64,000 nt of DNA from an uncultured Desulfatitalea sp. (GCA_963668675.2 CAXXMB010000002.1:1216001-1280000); one strand, 5' to 3'. Positions 30,443-41,392 are shown, counted from the first letter of the stretch. Numbers and translations: made by a program. The notes: a model not told the origin generated them from the letters alone.

Positions 30443-32074
30443 ATGGCAGATGAGACACCCAAAGCCGAAGAGTTTTTGGCCCAAATAGATCACCGCCAGC
30501 CGGCCAAGCATTGGATGGACGTACCGGCCAACATTCGCAAAGGCATGTACTGCTACGCATCCAATCCCAAGAGCGTTGAATATCTCGGAATGCCCAACGC
30601 CCGGGAGTGGAACCCCATGGAAGACGACTGGAAGTTGCCGGAGAACTGGCAGCAGATCCTGCATGAAGGCTTCAAAGAGCGCCTGGAAAAATTTCGCTCG
30701 GTCAAAATTTTCATGGATATCTGTGTGCGCTGCGGCGCCTGCGCCGACAAGTGCCACTTTTTCTTAGGCACCGGCGACCCCAAAAACATGCCGGTGCTGA
30801 GGGCAGAGCTGCTGCGCTCGGTCTACCGCAACGACTTCACCAAGCTGGGCAAAATCCTCGGCCGCCTGAATGGGGCGCGCCCCATGACCATCGATGTGCT
30901 CAAAGAGTGGTGGTACTACCTGTTTCAATGCACCGAGTGCCGCCGCTGTTCGGTCTTCTGTCCGTATGGCATCGACACCGCCGAAATCACCATCTTCGGC
31001 CGTGAGCTGCTCAACCTGCTCGGTTTGAACATCGACTGGATCGCCACACCAGTGGCCAACTGCTACCGCACCGGCAACCATCTGGGCATCCAGCCGCACG
31101 CCTTCAAGGATATGCTCGAATTCTTCGTCGAAGACATCGAGGAGATCACCGGCGTGAACGTGGCCCCCAATTTTAACAAAAAGGGCGCCGACATCCTGTT
31201 TATCACGCCTTCGGGCGACGTCTTCGCCGACCCCGGCACATACAGCTGCATGGGGTACATGATTCTCTTCCACTTCCTCAAGGAAAAATATGGCCTGGAC
31301 GTCACCTGGAGCACCTACGGCTCCGAGGGGGGCAACTTCGGTTTCTTCACCTCCCATGAGACCATGAAGCGGCTCAACGCCAAGATGTACCTGGAGGCCA
31401 AACGACTGGGCGTCAAATGGATTCTGGGCGGTGAATGCGGCCACATGTGGCGGGTCATCCACCAGTACATGGACACCATGAACGGACCGGCCGACTTTCT
31501 GGAAGAGCCGGTCAACCCGATCACCGGCACCAAGTTCGAAAACGCCAAGTCGACCAAGATGGTGCATATTGCCGAGTTTACCGCCGATCTGATCAAGCAC
31601 GGCAAGCTCGATCTGGACCCGAGCCGCAACGACAACAAAATCTTCACCTTCCACGACTCGTGCAACCCGGCGCGGGGTATGGGCATGCTCGATGAGCCGC
31701 GCTATGTGATCAACGCTGTCGCCAATCACTTCTATGAGATGCCGGCCAACACCATTCGAGAACAGACCTTCTGCTGCGGCAGCGGCTCGGGTCTCAATGC
31801 CGGGGAAAACATGGAAGAGCGCATGGCCGGCGGTTTGCCACGGGCCAATGCCGTGAAATATGTCCATGAAAAGCACGGCGTAAACATGTTGGCTTGTGTG
31901 TGCGCCATCGACCGGGCCGTTTTTCCGGCGTTGATGGAATACTGGGTGCCTGAAGTGGATGTGACCGGCCTGCATGAAATGGTGGCCAACGCCCTGATTC
32001 TGCCAGGAGAACAAGAACGAACCACAGACCTGCGCGGCGAGCCGCTGCCGGGAATGGAGGACGCCGATGAGTAA
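30443..32074 (+). CDS. dsrK: DsrK, HdrD-like Fe-S subunit
   Basis: CVRCGACADKC, CTECRRCSVFC, GECGH, HDSCN, FCCG. Confidence 0.97.
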   Translation: MADETPKAEEFLAQIDHRQPAKHWMDVPANIRKGMYCYASNPKSVEYLGMPNAREWNPMEDDWKLPENWQQILHEGFKERLEKFRSVKIFMDICVRCGACADKCHFFLGTGDPKNMPVLRAELLRSVYRNDFTKLGKILGRLNGARPMTIDVLKEWWYYLFQCTECRRCSVFCPYGIDTAEITIFGRELLNLLGLNIDWIATPVANCYRTGNHLGIQPHAFKDMLEFFVEDIEEITGVNVAPNFNKKGADILFITPSGDVFADPGTYSCMGYMILFHFLKEKYGLDVTWSTYGSEGGNFGFFTSHETMKRLNAKMYLEAKRLGVKWILGGECGHMWRVIHQYMDTMNGPADFLEEPVNPITGTKFENAKSTKMVHIAEFTADLIKHGKLDLDPSRNDNKIFTFHDSCNPARGMGMLDEPRYVINAVANHFYEMPANTIREQTFCCGSGSGLNAGENMEERMAGGLPRANAVKYVHEKHGVNMLACVCAIDRAVFPALMEYWVPEVDVTGLHEMVANALILPGEQERTTDLRGEPLPGMEDADE

Positions 32075-32468
32075 AAAATGGATTGTAATAGGCTTGATTA
32101 TCTTCCTGGGCCTGTTCTCTACCCCGTTTTGGTACAACTTGCTGGTCAAAATGGGAACAGCCGCCCCGATGCCGGAGGTGGTTTTGACGGAGAAGGCCAA
32201 GGCGGCCAAAAAATGCGTCAGAGACACCGACTATATGAAAACCGAACACATGCAACTGCTCGACCTGTGGCGGCTCAAGGTGGTACGCGGCGCTGTGCGC
32301 GAATACGTCAACCCCGAAGGAAAGACCTTCGACATGAGCCTATCCAACACTTGTCTGGACTGCCACTCGAACAAGGCCGAGTTTTGTGACCGCTGTCACA
32401 ATTACGCTTCCGTGCGACCCTACTGCTGGGATTGCCATATCGATAACCCCCAAGGAGAAATGAAATGA
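32067..32468 (+). CDS. dsrJ: DsrJ, triheme cytochrome c
   Basis: CLDCH, CDRCH, CWDCH; N-terminal TM. Confidence 0.95.
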   Translation: MSKKWIVIGLIIFLGLFSTPFWYNLLVKMGTAAPMPEVVLTEKAKAAKKCVRDTDYMKTEHMQLLDLWRLKVVRGAVREYVNPEGKTFDMSLSNTCLDCHSNKAEFCDRCHNYASVRPYCWDCHIDNPQGEMK

Positions 32469-33253
32469 AAAGCAGCCGCAGAAGCTTCATGAAAATGGCG
32501 GGCATCACTGCTTTGGGGCTTGGCGCTCAGCCGGCGATCAAGGCCATCGCACCCGCTGCAGAAGGACACGGGCCGCAAGAACAGTTCAACAAAGGCCCCA
32601 AGGCAATGACCGCCCAGCAATGGGCCATGGTGATCGACACCCGGCGCTTCCACAGCACCGAAGATCTGGAACCGATCATCGAGGCGTGCCACAAAATTCA
32701 CAATGTGCCCCATTTCACCGACAAACGCCACGAAATCAAATGGATCTGGGAAACCCATTTTCACAATGCCTTTCCCAACAATCCCAACCCGTATATGAGT
32801 GAAGAGGCCGAACACCGCCCCTACCTGGTATTGTGCAACCACTGCGAAAACCCGCCGTGCGTCAGAGCCTGCCCGACCAAGGCCACCTTCAAGCGCGAAA
32901 GCGACGGAATCGTGGTCATGGACATGCACCGCTGCATCGGCTGCCGCTTCTGCATGGCCGCCTGCCCGTACGGATCGCGAAGCTTCAACTTTCGTGATCC
33001 CAAGCCGTTTATCAAAGAGATCAACCTGGAGTACCCCCGCCGCATGAAAGGTGTGGTGGAGAAGTGTAACTTCTGCGCAGAGCGGCTCGCCGTGGGTGAA
33101 CAACCGGCCTGTGTGGAAGCGTCCAACGGGGCCATCGTATTCGGAGATCTGAAAGATCCGGATTCGGAGGTGAGGCATGTGCTGCGTGAGAATTTCACCA
33201 TACGACGCAAACAGAACTTAGGCACCGAACCGTGCGTCTACTATATCGTGTGA
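32465..33253 (+). CDS. dsrO: DsrO, periplasmic Fe-S protein
   Basis: Tat signal SRRSFMK; CNHCENPPC, CIGCRFCMAAC, KCNFC. Confidence 0.95.
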   Translation: MKSSRRSFMKMAGITALGLGAQPAIKAIAPAAEGHGPQEQFNKGPKAMTAQQWAMVIDTRRFHSTEDLEPIIEACHKIHNVPHFTDKRHEIKWIWETHFHNAFPNNPNPYMSEEAEHRPYLVLCNHCENPPCVRACPTKATFKRESDGIVVMDMHRCIGCRFCMAACPYGSRSFNFRDPKPFIKEINLEYPRRMKGVVEKCNFCAERLAVGEQPACVEASNGAIVFGDLKDPDSEVRHVLRENFTIRRKQNLGTEPCVYYIV

Positions 33254-33260
33254 GGTGGGT

Positions 33261-34421
33261 ATGCTTGAATTAGCGATTAAAGGAAGTAAAGCGTATTGGA
33301 CATGGATTGTGGCCCTGCTGGGTGTCATTGGCGCCGGTTTTGTTTTCTACCTGTGGCAACTCCAGTTTGGTTTGGGCATCACCGGCATGAGCCGGGATGT
33401 CTCCTGGGGCTTTTACATTGCAAACTTCACCTATCTGGTCGGTGTGGCCGCCGGAGGTGTGATGGTTGTGCTACCGTACTACCTGCACGACTACAAGGCT
33501 TACGGCCGCGTCACGATCCTCGGCGAGTTCCTGGCCATTGCAGCACTGGTCATGTGCCTGCTGCTCATTCTGGTCGACCTTGGTCAGCCGATGCGTGGTG
33601 TCAACGTCTTTTTGTACCCCACGCTCAACAGCGTCCTGTTTTACGATTCATTGGTGCTCAACGGCTATCTGTTGATCAACCTGATCGTCGGATGGAACGT
33701 CCTGGAAGCCGAACGCAACGGGGTCCACTACCAGAAGTGGCTCAAACCGATCATCTACCTCTCGATCCCTTTTGCCGTCAGCATCCATACGGTCACGGCC
33801 TATCTTTACTGCGGTCTGCCCGGCCGAGGCTTCTGGTTGACCGCAATTTTGGCCCCCCGTTTCCTGAGTTCGGCCTTTGCCGCCGGTCCGGCCCTCCTGG
33901 TGCTGCTCTGTCTCTTCATCCGCAACACCACCAAGTTCGACCCGGGCAAGGCCCAGATCCAAAGCCTGGGCAAAACCGTGGCCTATGCCATCTGCATCAA
34001 TGTGTTCTTCTTCCTCTGTGAGGTGTTCGTCGCCTTCTACAGCAACATCCCCGAACACATGGATCACATCAAATACCTGTTCGTCGGCCTGCACGGCCAC
34101 AGCGCAATGGTCCCCTGGATGTGGTCTTCGATGGCCCTGATGGTGATCGGCATCATCCTCACCGTCAACCCGGTCACCCGCAAGAACGAAACCACCCTCG
34201 CCGTGGCTTGCGTGGCGATTATTGCAGGCACTTGGATCGACAAAGCCCTCGGCATGATCGCCGGCGGTTTCGTCCCCAACCCGCTGCACGAGGTCAACGA
34301 ATATGCGCCTACATTCCCGGAAATCGTCATCACCCTGGGGGTTTATGCCATCGGCGCACTCGTTCTGACAGTGCTCTATAAGATGGCCGTAGGGGTCAAA
34401 CAAGAGGTGGAGCAGGTATAA
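33261..34421 (+). CDS. dsrP: DsrP, NrfD-family membrane protein
   Basis: GMSRDVSWGFYI, VDLGQP, SIHTVTA; many TMs. Confidence 0.95.
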   Translation: MLELAIKGSKAYWTWIVALLGVIGAGFVFYLWQLQFGLGITGMSRDVSWGFYIANFTYLVGVAAGGVMVVLPYYLHDYKAYGRVTILGEFLAIAALVMCLLLILVDLGQPMRGVNVFLYPTLNSVLFYDSLVLNGYLLINLIVGWNVLEAERNGVHYQKWLKPIIYLSIPFAVSIHTVTAYLYCGLPGRGFWLTAILAPRFLSSAFAAGPALLVLLCLFIRNTTKFDPGKAQIQSLGKTVAYAICINVFFFLCEVFVAFYSNIPEHMDHIKYLFVGLHGHSAMVPWMWSSMALMVIGIILTVNPVTRKNETTLAVACVAIIAGTWIDKALGMIAGGFVPNPLHEVNEYAPTFPEIVITLGVYAIGALVLTVLYKMAVGVKQEVEQV

Positions 34422-34460
34422 CGCAAGCTCCAGCTCCAACTTTTTGTGCACGTAACAATC

Positions 34461-34493
34461 AAGGCCTGCCGGGTATCCGGCGGGCCTTTGTTT
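34461..34493 (+). terminator. Intrinsic terminator of the dsr operon
   Basis: AAGGCCTGCCGG-GTAT-CCGGCGGGCCTT followed by TGTTT. Confidence 0.75.
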
Positions 34494-34680
34494 GTGTGCC
34501 CGCTGGGAAATGCCGTTGAAACGCCCCTCCGATATGGAACCTTGTTTTCTCTCCGGCCGCCATGCTAATTGAAATTCAATATCCTGATGCAAAAAACCGT
34601 TCAATACGCTCGGTGTAGGCTTTTTCATCAACCCAAGCAGAGATAACATGCAGCTCGCAATCCAAGAGTAGGAGCCGAAC

Positions 34681-35064
34681 GTGTATAAATTATTAATGGT
34701 TGGTACCGGTGGTTTTTTTGGGGCCCTATTGCGTTATGGGATCAGCGGATGGGTTCAGAATATGACCCGTAGCATCGCTTTTCCTTTCGGCACCCTGGCC
34801 GTCAATATCATCGGGTGCTACTTCATCGGTCTGCTCACCCAACTGGTCGAATCCCAATCCGGCATCAACACCGAAATGCGTCTGCTGCTCATGGTGGGCC
34901 TGATGGGCGCATTTACCACCTACTCCACCTTCGGCAACGAAACCTTCAGCCTCATCCAGGACCAACGCTATGTTCTGGCCCTGCTCAATATGGGCCTGCA
35001 TCTCTTGTTGGGTCTGTCGGCCGTATTCATCGGCCGCTTCACCATCATCACCCTGTGGAGGTAA
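34681..35064 (+). CDS. crcB: Fluoride channel Fluc/CrcB
   Basis: GGFFGALLRY, FPFGTLAVN, GAFTTYSTF. Confidence 0.95.
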   Translation: MYKLLMVGTGGFFGALLRYGISGWVQNMTRSIAFPFGTLAVNIIGCYFIGLLTQLVESQSGINTEMRLLLMVGLMGAFTTYSTFGNETFSLIQDQRYVLALLNMGLHLLLGLSAVFIGRFTIITLWR

Positions 35065-35069
35065 ACGCC

Positions 35070-35432
35070 ATGAAACTGCCCCGGGAAGTAAAAATTCTGA
35101 GGATATTTATCGGAGAAAGCGACAAGCATGACGGCAAGCTGCTCTACGAATGGCTCGTTCTCAAAGCCAAAAAACAGGGATTGGCCGGCGCTACCGTAAT
35201 GCGGGGACTAATGGGATTCGGCGCCACCAGCCGGATCCACACCTCCAAAATTCTGCGCCTCTCAATGGATCTGCCCATCGTGGTGGAGATTGTCGACGCT
35301 CCGGAGAAAATAGAAGCATTTCTCACTCTTATTGAAAGCGTCGTCACCGAAGGGTTGATCACACTGGAGAGCGCCAAGGTGCATCTCTATAAGGGGAAAA
35401 AACAGCCGCAGGAAGATCCCGGCTTTTCCTGA
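35070..35432 (+). CDS. DUF190 (PII-like) protein
   Basis: LRIFIGESD, GLAGATVMRG, LSMDLPIVVEIVD; usual crcB neighbour. Confidence 0.9.
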   Translation: MKLPREVKILRIFIGESDKHDGKLLYEWLVLKAKKQGLAGATVMRGLMGFGATSRIHTSKILRLSMDLPIVVEIVDAPEKIEAFLTLIESVVTEGLITLESAKVHLYKGKKQPQEDPGFS

Positions 35433-35461
35433 GCAGTATGAAACTCATCCCGCGCCCAAAT

Positions 35462-35487
35462 AAAAAGGGCGTGGTAAAACCACGCCC
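35462..35487 (-). terminator. Intrinsic terminator for the large secreted-protein gene
   Basis: Minus strand GGGCGTGGT-TTT-ACCACGCCC-TTTTT. Confidence 0.75.
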
Positions 35488-35515
35488 CTGCATGTAGAAA
35501 TCATGGACGGTCGGA

Positions 35516-38500
35516 TTAAAACAGGATGCTGCTGATAAAGCAGCCTCCACCACCTCCACCGCCACCTCCACCGCTGGCGGAGCCACCGCCTGACGGCTGC
35601 GTTTCGCAGGCATCTCCGACGCCATTGCCGTCCGAATCCTCCTGCCCGGCATTGGCTGTATCCGGGCAGTTGTCTATGTCGCCGCATATTCCATCGCCAT
35701 CGATGTCATTGTCGGCATCGTCGACACAGGTATCACAGGCATCTCCAGAACCATCACCGTCGCTATCGGTCTGTGACGGGTTTGCATCGGTCGGGCAGTT
35801 GTCCGTATTGCCGCAAACCCCATCTCCGTCAACATCGTTATCCCCATCCTGGGGGCAGCTGTCGCAGGCATCGCCCACGCCATCGGCATCCAGATCTTCC
35901 TGACCGGCATTGGAGGTGACGGGGCAGTTGTCGACGCCATCCAGAACGCCGTCACCGTCACTGTCCACGGCCACTACAATGCGTGCCGGTGCGCCGGGGT
36001 CGAGGATCTCACCATTGACCTCTCCCTGGCCGTCGCCGTTGGTATCGTCGCTGTCTCCTACACCGCCATCGAGCAGGTGCAGGGTGATCACGTTGGCGGC
36101 AGTGGTCACATGGCCCGGATAGGCCACGCCGTTGACCACCACGCCCCCCACTGCGCCCAGATCATAGTAGTGATAGCCCGGCTCGCCCGGTGTCGGCCCG
36201 TACTTGATATAGGTGTCGATGTCGTCCGCCGGGGTGCCGTCTTCGTTCATCACCGTCATGGTGATGTTGGCGCCGTCATCCGCGGGCCCCAGCACTACCC
36301 GGAAACGATAGAAACCAAAGGGGTATTCGAATCCGGCCAGCGGCGCGTCGGTGGGCGAATGCTGGGTACGCACATCGCGCAGCTCCGCACCATCCTGGGC
36401 TTCCATGACGATATAGTGATCGCGCTCCAGGCTGTGCAGTGTCGCCACATGGGCCTGCTGGGCATCATCGATACCGTCATCGTTGGCATCGCCGCTCTCC
36501 TCGATGTCCAGCACATAGTCGCCGTCGCTGTCCGCGCTGCTGCGGCCGGTGAAATGGATGGCGTACGCCGCCTCGTCCGGGTCATTGGACGTATAGGTCA
36601 AGGTTTCCTCGAAGGTGGCGGCGACGGTCGGGTGAAACGTGGCTGTCAGTGTGCAGGAGGAGAAAGGCGCCAGCACATTGCCCACCGAAGAACAGGGGAT
36701 GGCGCCGCCGCTCGTGTCGATGGAGAAGTTGGTGGTGTCCGAGAGCGCGTAGCCCAGGATCTCCAGCTCTTCGCCGCCGGTATTGGTGACGATAAGCGGT
36801 AGCGACCGACTGCTGCCGATAGGGACATCGTGGAAGGCGATGTCGTGGGACCAGATATCGGCCGTTAAATCCTCCACACCCGGGCCGATCAGATGGATAT
36901 GCTGGGGGCTCTCATCCAGGTCATTTGAAAACACAACCACCAACGCCTCCTGGTTGGCCGGATAGGTGGGCGTGAATTCCACCGCCACGCTGCAATTGGC
37001 CCTGGGTGCCAGGCTAAAGTCGCCGTCGGCCGGATCGGGGCAGGCAAACGCGCCGTCGTAGTGAAGGGTGAAATCTTCTCCGGTATCCGCATCGATCCCG
37101 GTCTTGGTGATGCCGGTAATGATCAAGTCCGAGTAGCCGTCGTTCTGGATGGTGAAGTACTGCGTGGTCGAGGTGCCGATCTGCGTCAGAGGGAACTCCA
37201 TCAACGGCTCATCAGGGTCCGGGTCGTCGGTGAGGATGGTGATGTCCGGGCCGCTGTATCCCTGGAGGTCGATCATCAGCTCGGGCTCGTCGGGATCGTT
37301 GGTGGTTCGCACCACCACCTCGGCCCTGCGGATCACATTGTCAACGGAAGGCGTGAAGATCACATTGACCGTGCACACTTCGCCGGAGACCACATCGAAC
37401 GGTGGCGGGCCGCATGGGGCGGTGCCAGATTCAAAGTCGAGAGCGTAGTCCTCCTCGTCGGCGCCCTGGAGGAAGACGGCACCGATATTCAGCGGATTTG
37501 TGCCCAGGTTGTCGAAGTTGACGCTCAATGGCGCTGCCGGTAAATTGAGGCGCTGGTTGCCAAAGTCGTGTGACCGGGGCTGCAGCTCAATGTCCGGGGA
37601 ACCCGAGCGGTAAAGTGGATTCAGGCGCGCCACCCAGACGTCCGTGCCGCCTCCGTTGGTGGGCTGGGCCGCACTGTTTCCCACCGTGTTCAGTACCCCG
37701 GGAAAGTCGCTCGAGGAGGTGTTGCCGGCAGCAAAAAGCCATACCGCACCGGAGTGGGGATCGTTGGCAATGTCCAGCGTGTGCATGTGAGATTCATCGG
37801 CGCCGGAACCGCCCAGGTAGGTGGCGTCATAGAGGTCGCCCAGATCCGATGTGAGACGGGCCACGAAGACATCGTAAAATCCCTGTGGCTTGCTATAGCC
37901 TGTTTCGGCACCGGGAAAATCGTCGGATTGGGTCGTGCCGATCACATAGACATCAAATGCGGGTGAATGGTTGTTGGAGAGCAGAATGTCGCCTATGCGC
38001 TCGAAACCGCTGCCGCCCAGATGAGTGGCATATTCCAATGTCAGATCCTAAGTCAGACAGGCGATAAAGGCATCCTGATCGCCGGCCAGATTGGGCTGAA
38101 ACCGATCGTCGGTACCGGGAAAATCGTCCAGATAGTAGGGTGGCGGGCTTGGATTGGTGCGCGGGGAGATGCCCCCGGCCACATAGACCTGGTGCGTCGA
38201 GTGGTTCAGGGCGATGGCCATGCCGAAGTCGATACCGCTGCCCCCCACGTATGCGGCATCGATCACCTCCCCCAGGTCATCGCTCATGCGCACCACATAG
38301 GTGTCGATCGACCCCCCGAAATCGTCGGGGTCGAGCCAGGGGAAACAGCCTACCCAGATGCCTTCTCTGCCGTCGTATGCGGTTTGGCCCACCACATACA
38401 CTTCGTGGGTGAAATCATGGACTTCGATGCCGTGGGCATGGTCCGTACTGCTGCCCCCCAGAAAGCTGGATTGGCGGCGCGTCAGGGTGTCGATATCCAA

Positions 38501-39841
38501 CCGGGTGACAAACCCGTCACTCAATGAGCGATTTGAACCATGCGTGGTTTGGGCGGCACTATCGGAGACAGGAAAATCCCCAGACATGGTACGCCCGACC
38601 ACATAGAGGGTATCCGGCGTCGTATCGGGTTCTTCGCGCAGATCGATGTCAAGGCTGATGGCGATATCATATTCCGAACCGCCCAGATAGCGGGAGGCCA
38701 GGATAGTGGAAAGATCGGGGTTCAAGACGATCACAAAGCCGTCGGTCTCTCCTCCACGGGAGCCGGAGTAAGCCCCCGGGAAATCGATGGAGTCGGTAGA
38801 TCCGACCACATATACATTGTCCGTCTCCGGGTGGATGGTCAAGTCCCAGCCCATATCCTCCCCCCGGCCGCCGATATAGGTGGTCTCCAGCACCGTGAGA
38901 TCCTGGTCCAGACGGGCCACAAAAGCATCCTGGCCGCCCCAGCCCGGAGTAGACTGTGCAGCCCCGCTGAGCCCCGGGAAGTCATTCCTGGATTGGGTGC
39001 CGCCGGTTATATAGAGATAGAGTTGGGAACCCGTGCCGTCGGTGATAACATTGGTTTTCAACCCATAGCCATACTCCAAGCCGCTGCCGCCCAGATAGGT
39101 GGCGAACAACGGATCGATGACCAGGGGATGGCTGGCATCGTACGCTCCCAACTCAAAAGAGTAGGTATCACCGTCAACCTGGTAAGCCGCCTGAACCATT
39201 ATCTTGCGGCCGTCGATCTCCTGGAACGCCACCGGTCTGGTCAGCTGCACAGACCCTGCGCTGGTCTCGATGGCCAATCGACCATCGGGCTGCACGGCAA
39301 GGCCGGCAGCGCCTCTGACCCGGACCCGGATAGCCGCCGGGTCGGCACCGGCTTCGATGCGGAAAAGTTTCTCAATATTGTTGCCGTATGCCTTGAGGGT
39401 CACGCGAATGCCCTCGTACGCCTCCCCCAAGGAGACGCTCTCGTATGCGGGGATGCCCCTTCGCCAATTTTTCGGATCGTTGCCGATGAACAGATTGACC
39501 TTGCTGCTCGAAGGGGTGAGCCCCTGGGGAGCTATCGCCCCTGCACCCACCAATAGTTCCGAGATACTGACCACAGGTTTGCCTGGATCCTTAGGATCAG
39601 AAAGCCGGTAGGCCAACGCCCCCTTTGCGGTAATATAGACGTTGCCGACCAGCGTATCGGCCCGGAAAGCCAGATTGTCCGGCAACTGCCCCATATTGGC
39701 GACAAAGGGCATCCGCATCGCATCCATTTGGGTTTGTCGAGCCGATATTCCCACTGATTTTGGTGACACCGCAGCATGCGCAGTAAAGGCCATGGCCGCT
39801 GCGAATCCGATAACCAATATGAAAAAAAACCGCCGTTTCAT
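35516..39841 (-). CDS. Large secreted/surface protein (signal peptide, SBBP-type beta-propeller repeats, Ig-like domains, choice-of-anchor-U-like domain, TSP3 repeats, Gly-rich CFI tail) interrupted by one in-frame TAG; pseudogene or readthrough
   Basis: ORFs 38048-40015 and 35516-38038 share a frame. Junction reads DAFIACLT*DLTLEYATHLGGSG, continuing the TYLGGSG repeat. DGDGVCGNTDNCP repeats near the C-terminus. Confidence 0.85.
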
Positions 39842-40263
39842 CCTTTTATCCTCTCGTTCAGTTGACAATTGTCTATATTCCCAAACAGATCGGGTATTCA
39901 CCGGCTGGAACTGGTGGTGGGGACTTTTTCTGAATTGACGCAGCATGCAGTAATTTCTTGCACGACGCCACGAGGAGATGATCATCCGGAGCGATGAGGA
40001 TAGGCCCGGAGACACTGAGAGGTGAGTCCTCGGCGCCCAATACTTCTTCGCCTTGCGCCTTCTACATTGCTACGACAGGGCAGGTGCGCTCTGAAAAATC
40101 AGACTTGCATCTTCAACAGAACACTGACGCCAAACTTGTCCCAACAGGTAAAAGTGACTTGCTTAATGCATAGGCACCTGTGATAAATTGGTGCTGGGTA
40201 TGCGCTGGGACCGGGTCGGCGTCTCAGTGTTGGCTACTAAACATGCAACGAGGAGGAAGTTAC

Positions 40264-41280
40264 ATGAAGATTTCAAAAGTGATTGTCATTTCAGCCATAT
40301 TGATTGCATTCTCCATCGCCGTTGCCGTGGCGGGCACCCTGCAGGATGTGAAGGCCAAAGGGTACATCTCGGTGGGCGTCAATGAGGGGCTTTTCGGTTT
40401 TTCCAAGCCGGACGAAAAAGGTGTTTGGCGGGGCCTGGACGTGGATACGGCCCGCGCAGTATCGGTTGCCGTGTTCGGAGCTCCGGATAAAATCAAATGG
40501 GTGCCGCTGACCGCCAAGACCCGATTTACCGCACTGCAATCCGGTGAAATCGATCTGCTCACCCGTAACGCCACGCGGACCCTCACCCGCGAGACAGCAC
40601 TTGGGCTTAACTTCGTGCATACCAACTACTATGACGGCCAGGGCTTTCTGATTCCCAAAAAGCTCGGCGTCAAAAGCGCCAAGGAACTTGACGGCGCCAC
40701 CGTATGCGTACTTCCCGGGACCACCACCGAGCTCAACGCCGCGGATTACTTCCGGGCCAACAACATGAAGATGAAACCGGTCGTGATCGAGAGTACGCCT
40801 GAATTGGCCAAAGCCTACTTTGCCGGACGCTGTGACTGCCTCACATCGGATGCATCCCAGTTGGCCGGTACCCGCGCTGTCGCTCCCAATCCCGACGATC
40901 ACATGATTCTGCCCGAAATCATCTCCCGTGAACCCCTGGGGCCGGCTGTCCGCCACGGGGATGACCAGTGGTACGATATCGTCGATTTTGCCACCATGGC
41001 CATGATCGAAGCGGAATTTCTGGGCATCAGTTCCAAGAATGTGGATCAAATGCTCAAGAGCCAGGACCCCAAGATCCAGAGATTCCTGGGTGTCAGCGAG
41101 GGCAACGGCAACGCCCTGGGATTGGATGAGAAATGGGCTTACAACATCGTTAAGATGGTGGGCAACTACGCAGAGGTCTTCGAGCGCAATGTGGGCAAAA
41201 ACACCCCGCTGAAGCTCGAGCGCGGTCTGAATGCGCTGTGGACCGACGGCGGATTGATGTATACACCGCCGTTTAAATAA
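40264..41280 (+). CDS. aapJ: General L-amino acid ABC transporter substrate-binding protein
   Basis: RFTALQSGEID, YYDGQGF, TSDASQLA, ISREPLGP, GNYAEVFERN; signal peptide. Confidence 0.92.
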   Translation: MKISKVIVISAILIAFSIAVAVAGTLQDVKAKGYISVGVNEGLFGFSKPDEKGVWRGLDVDTARAVSVAVFGAPDKIKWVPLTAKTRFTALQSGEIDLLTRNATRTLTRETALGLNFVHTNYYDGQGFLIPKKLGVKSAKELDGATVCVLPGTTTELNAADYFRANNMKMKPVVIESTPELAKAYFAGRCDCLTSDASQLAGTRAVAPNPDDHMILPEIISREPLGPAVRHGDDQWYDIVDFATMAMIEAEFLGISSKNVDQMLKSQDPKIQRFLGVSEGNGNALGLDEKWAYNIVKMVGNYAEVFERNVGKNTPLKLERGLNALWTDGGLMYTPPFK

Positions 41281-41298
41281 GAGACGTCACGTTAGCCA

Positions 41299-41337
41299 TC
41301 GATCCGGCCCCGCATCCCCTGCCAAGGGCCGGATCGA
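41299..41337. other. Intercistronic stem-loop after aapJ
   Basis: TCGATCCGGCCC...GGGCCGGATCGA, 12-bp stem. Confidence 0.6.
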
Positions 41338-41392
41338 AAAGCGCACTCTGGCTTAAGCTGAATCAGCCCCGCTGGTTGGTTGAAAAGGAACG

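Noticed and set aside
30764..32227. Long antisense ORFs (this 487-aa one, also 4488-5438, 9191-10141, 54428-55450, 56839-58185)
   Set aside because: Shadows of well-supported genes in GC-rich DNA, with no recognisable motifs.
35600..35960. Repetitive DNA resembling an array
   Set aside because: Coding TSP3-type Asp/Cys repeats; no CRISPR repeat-spacer structure here or elsewhere in the window.
40155..40170. Sigma-54 promoter for aapJ (TGACTTGCTTAATGCA)
   Set aside because: Has GA instead of the near-invariant GG at -24; too weak to call.
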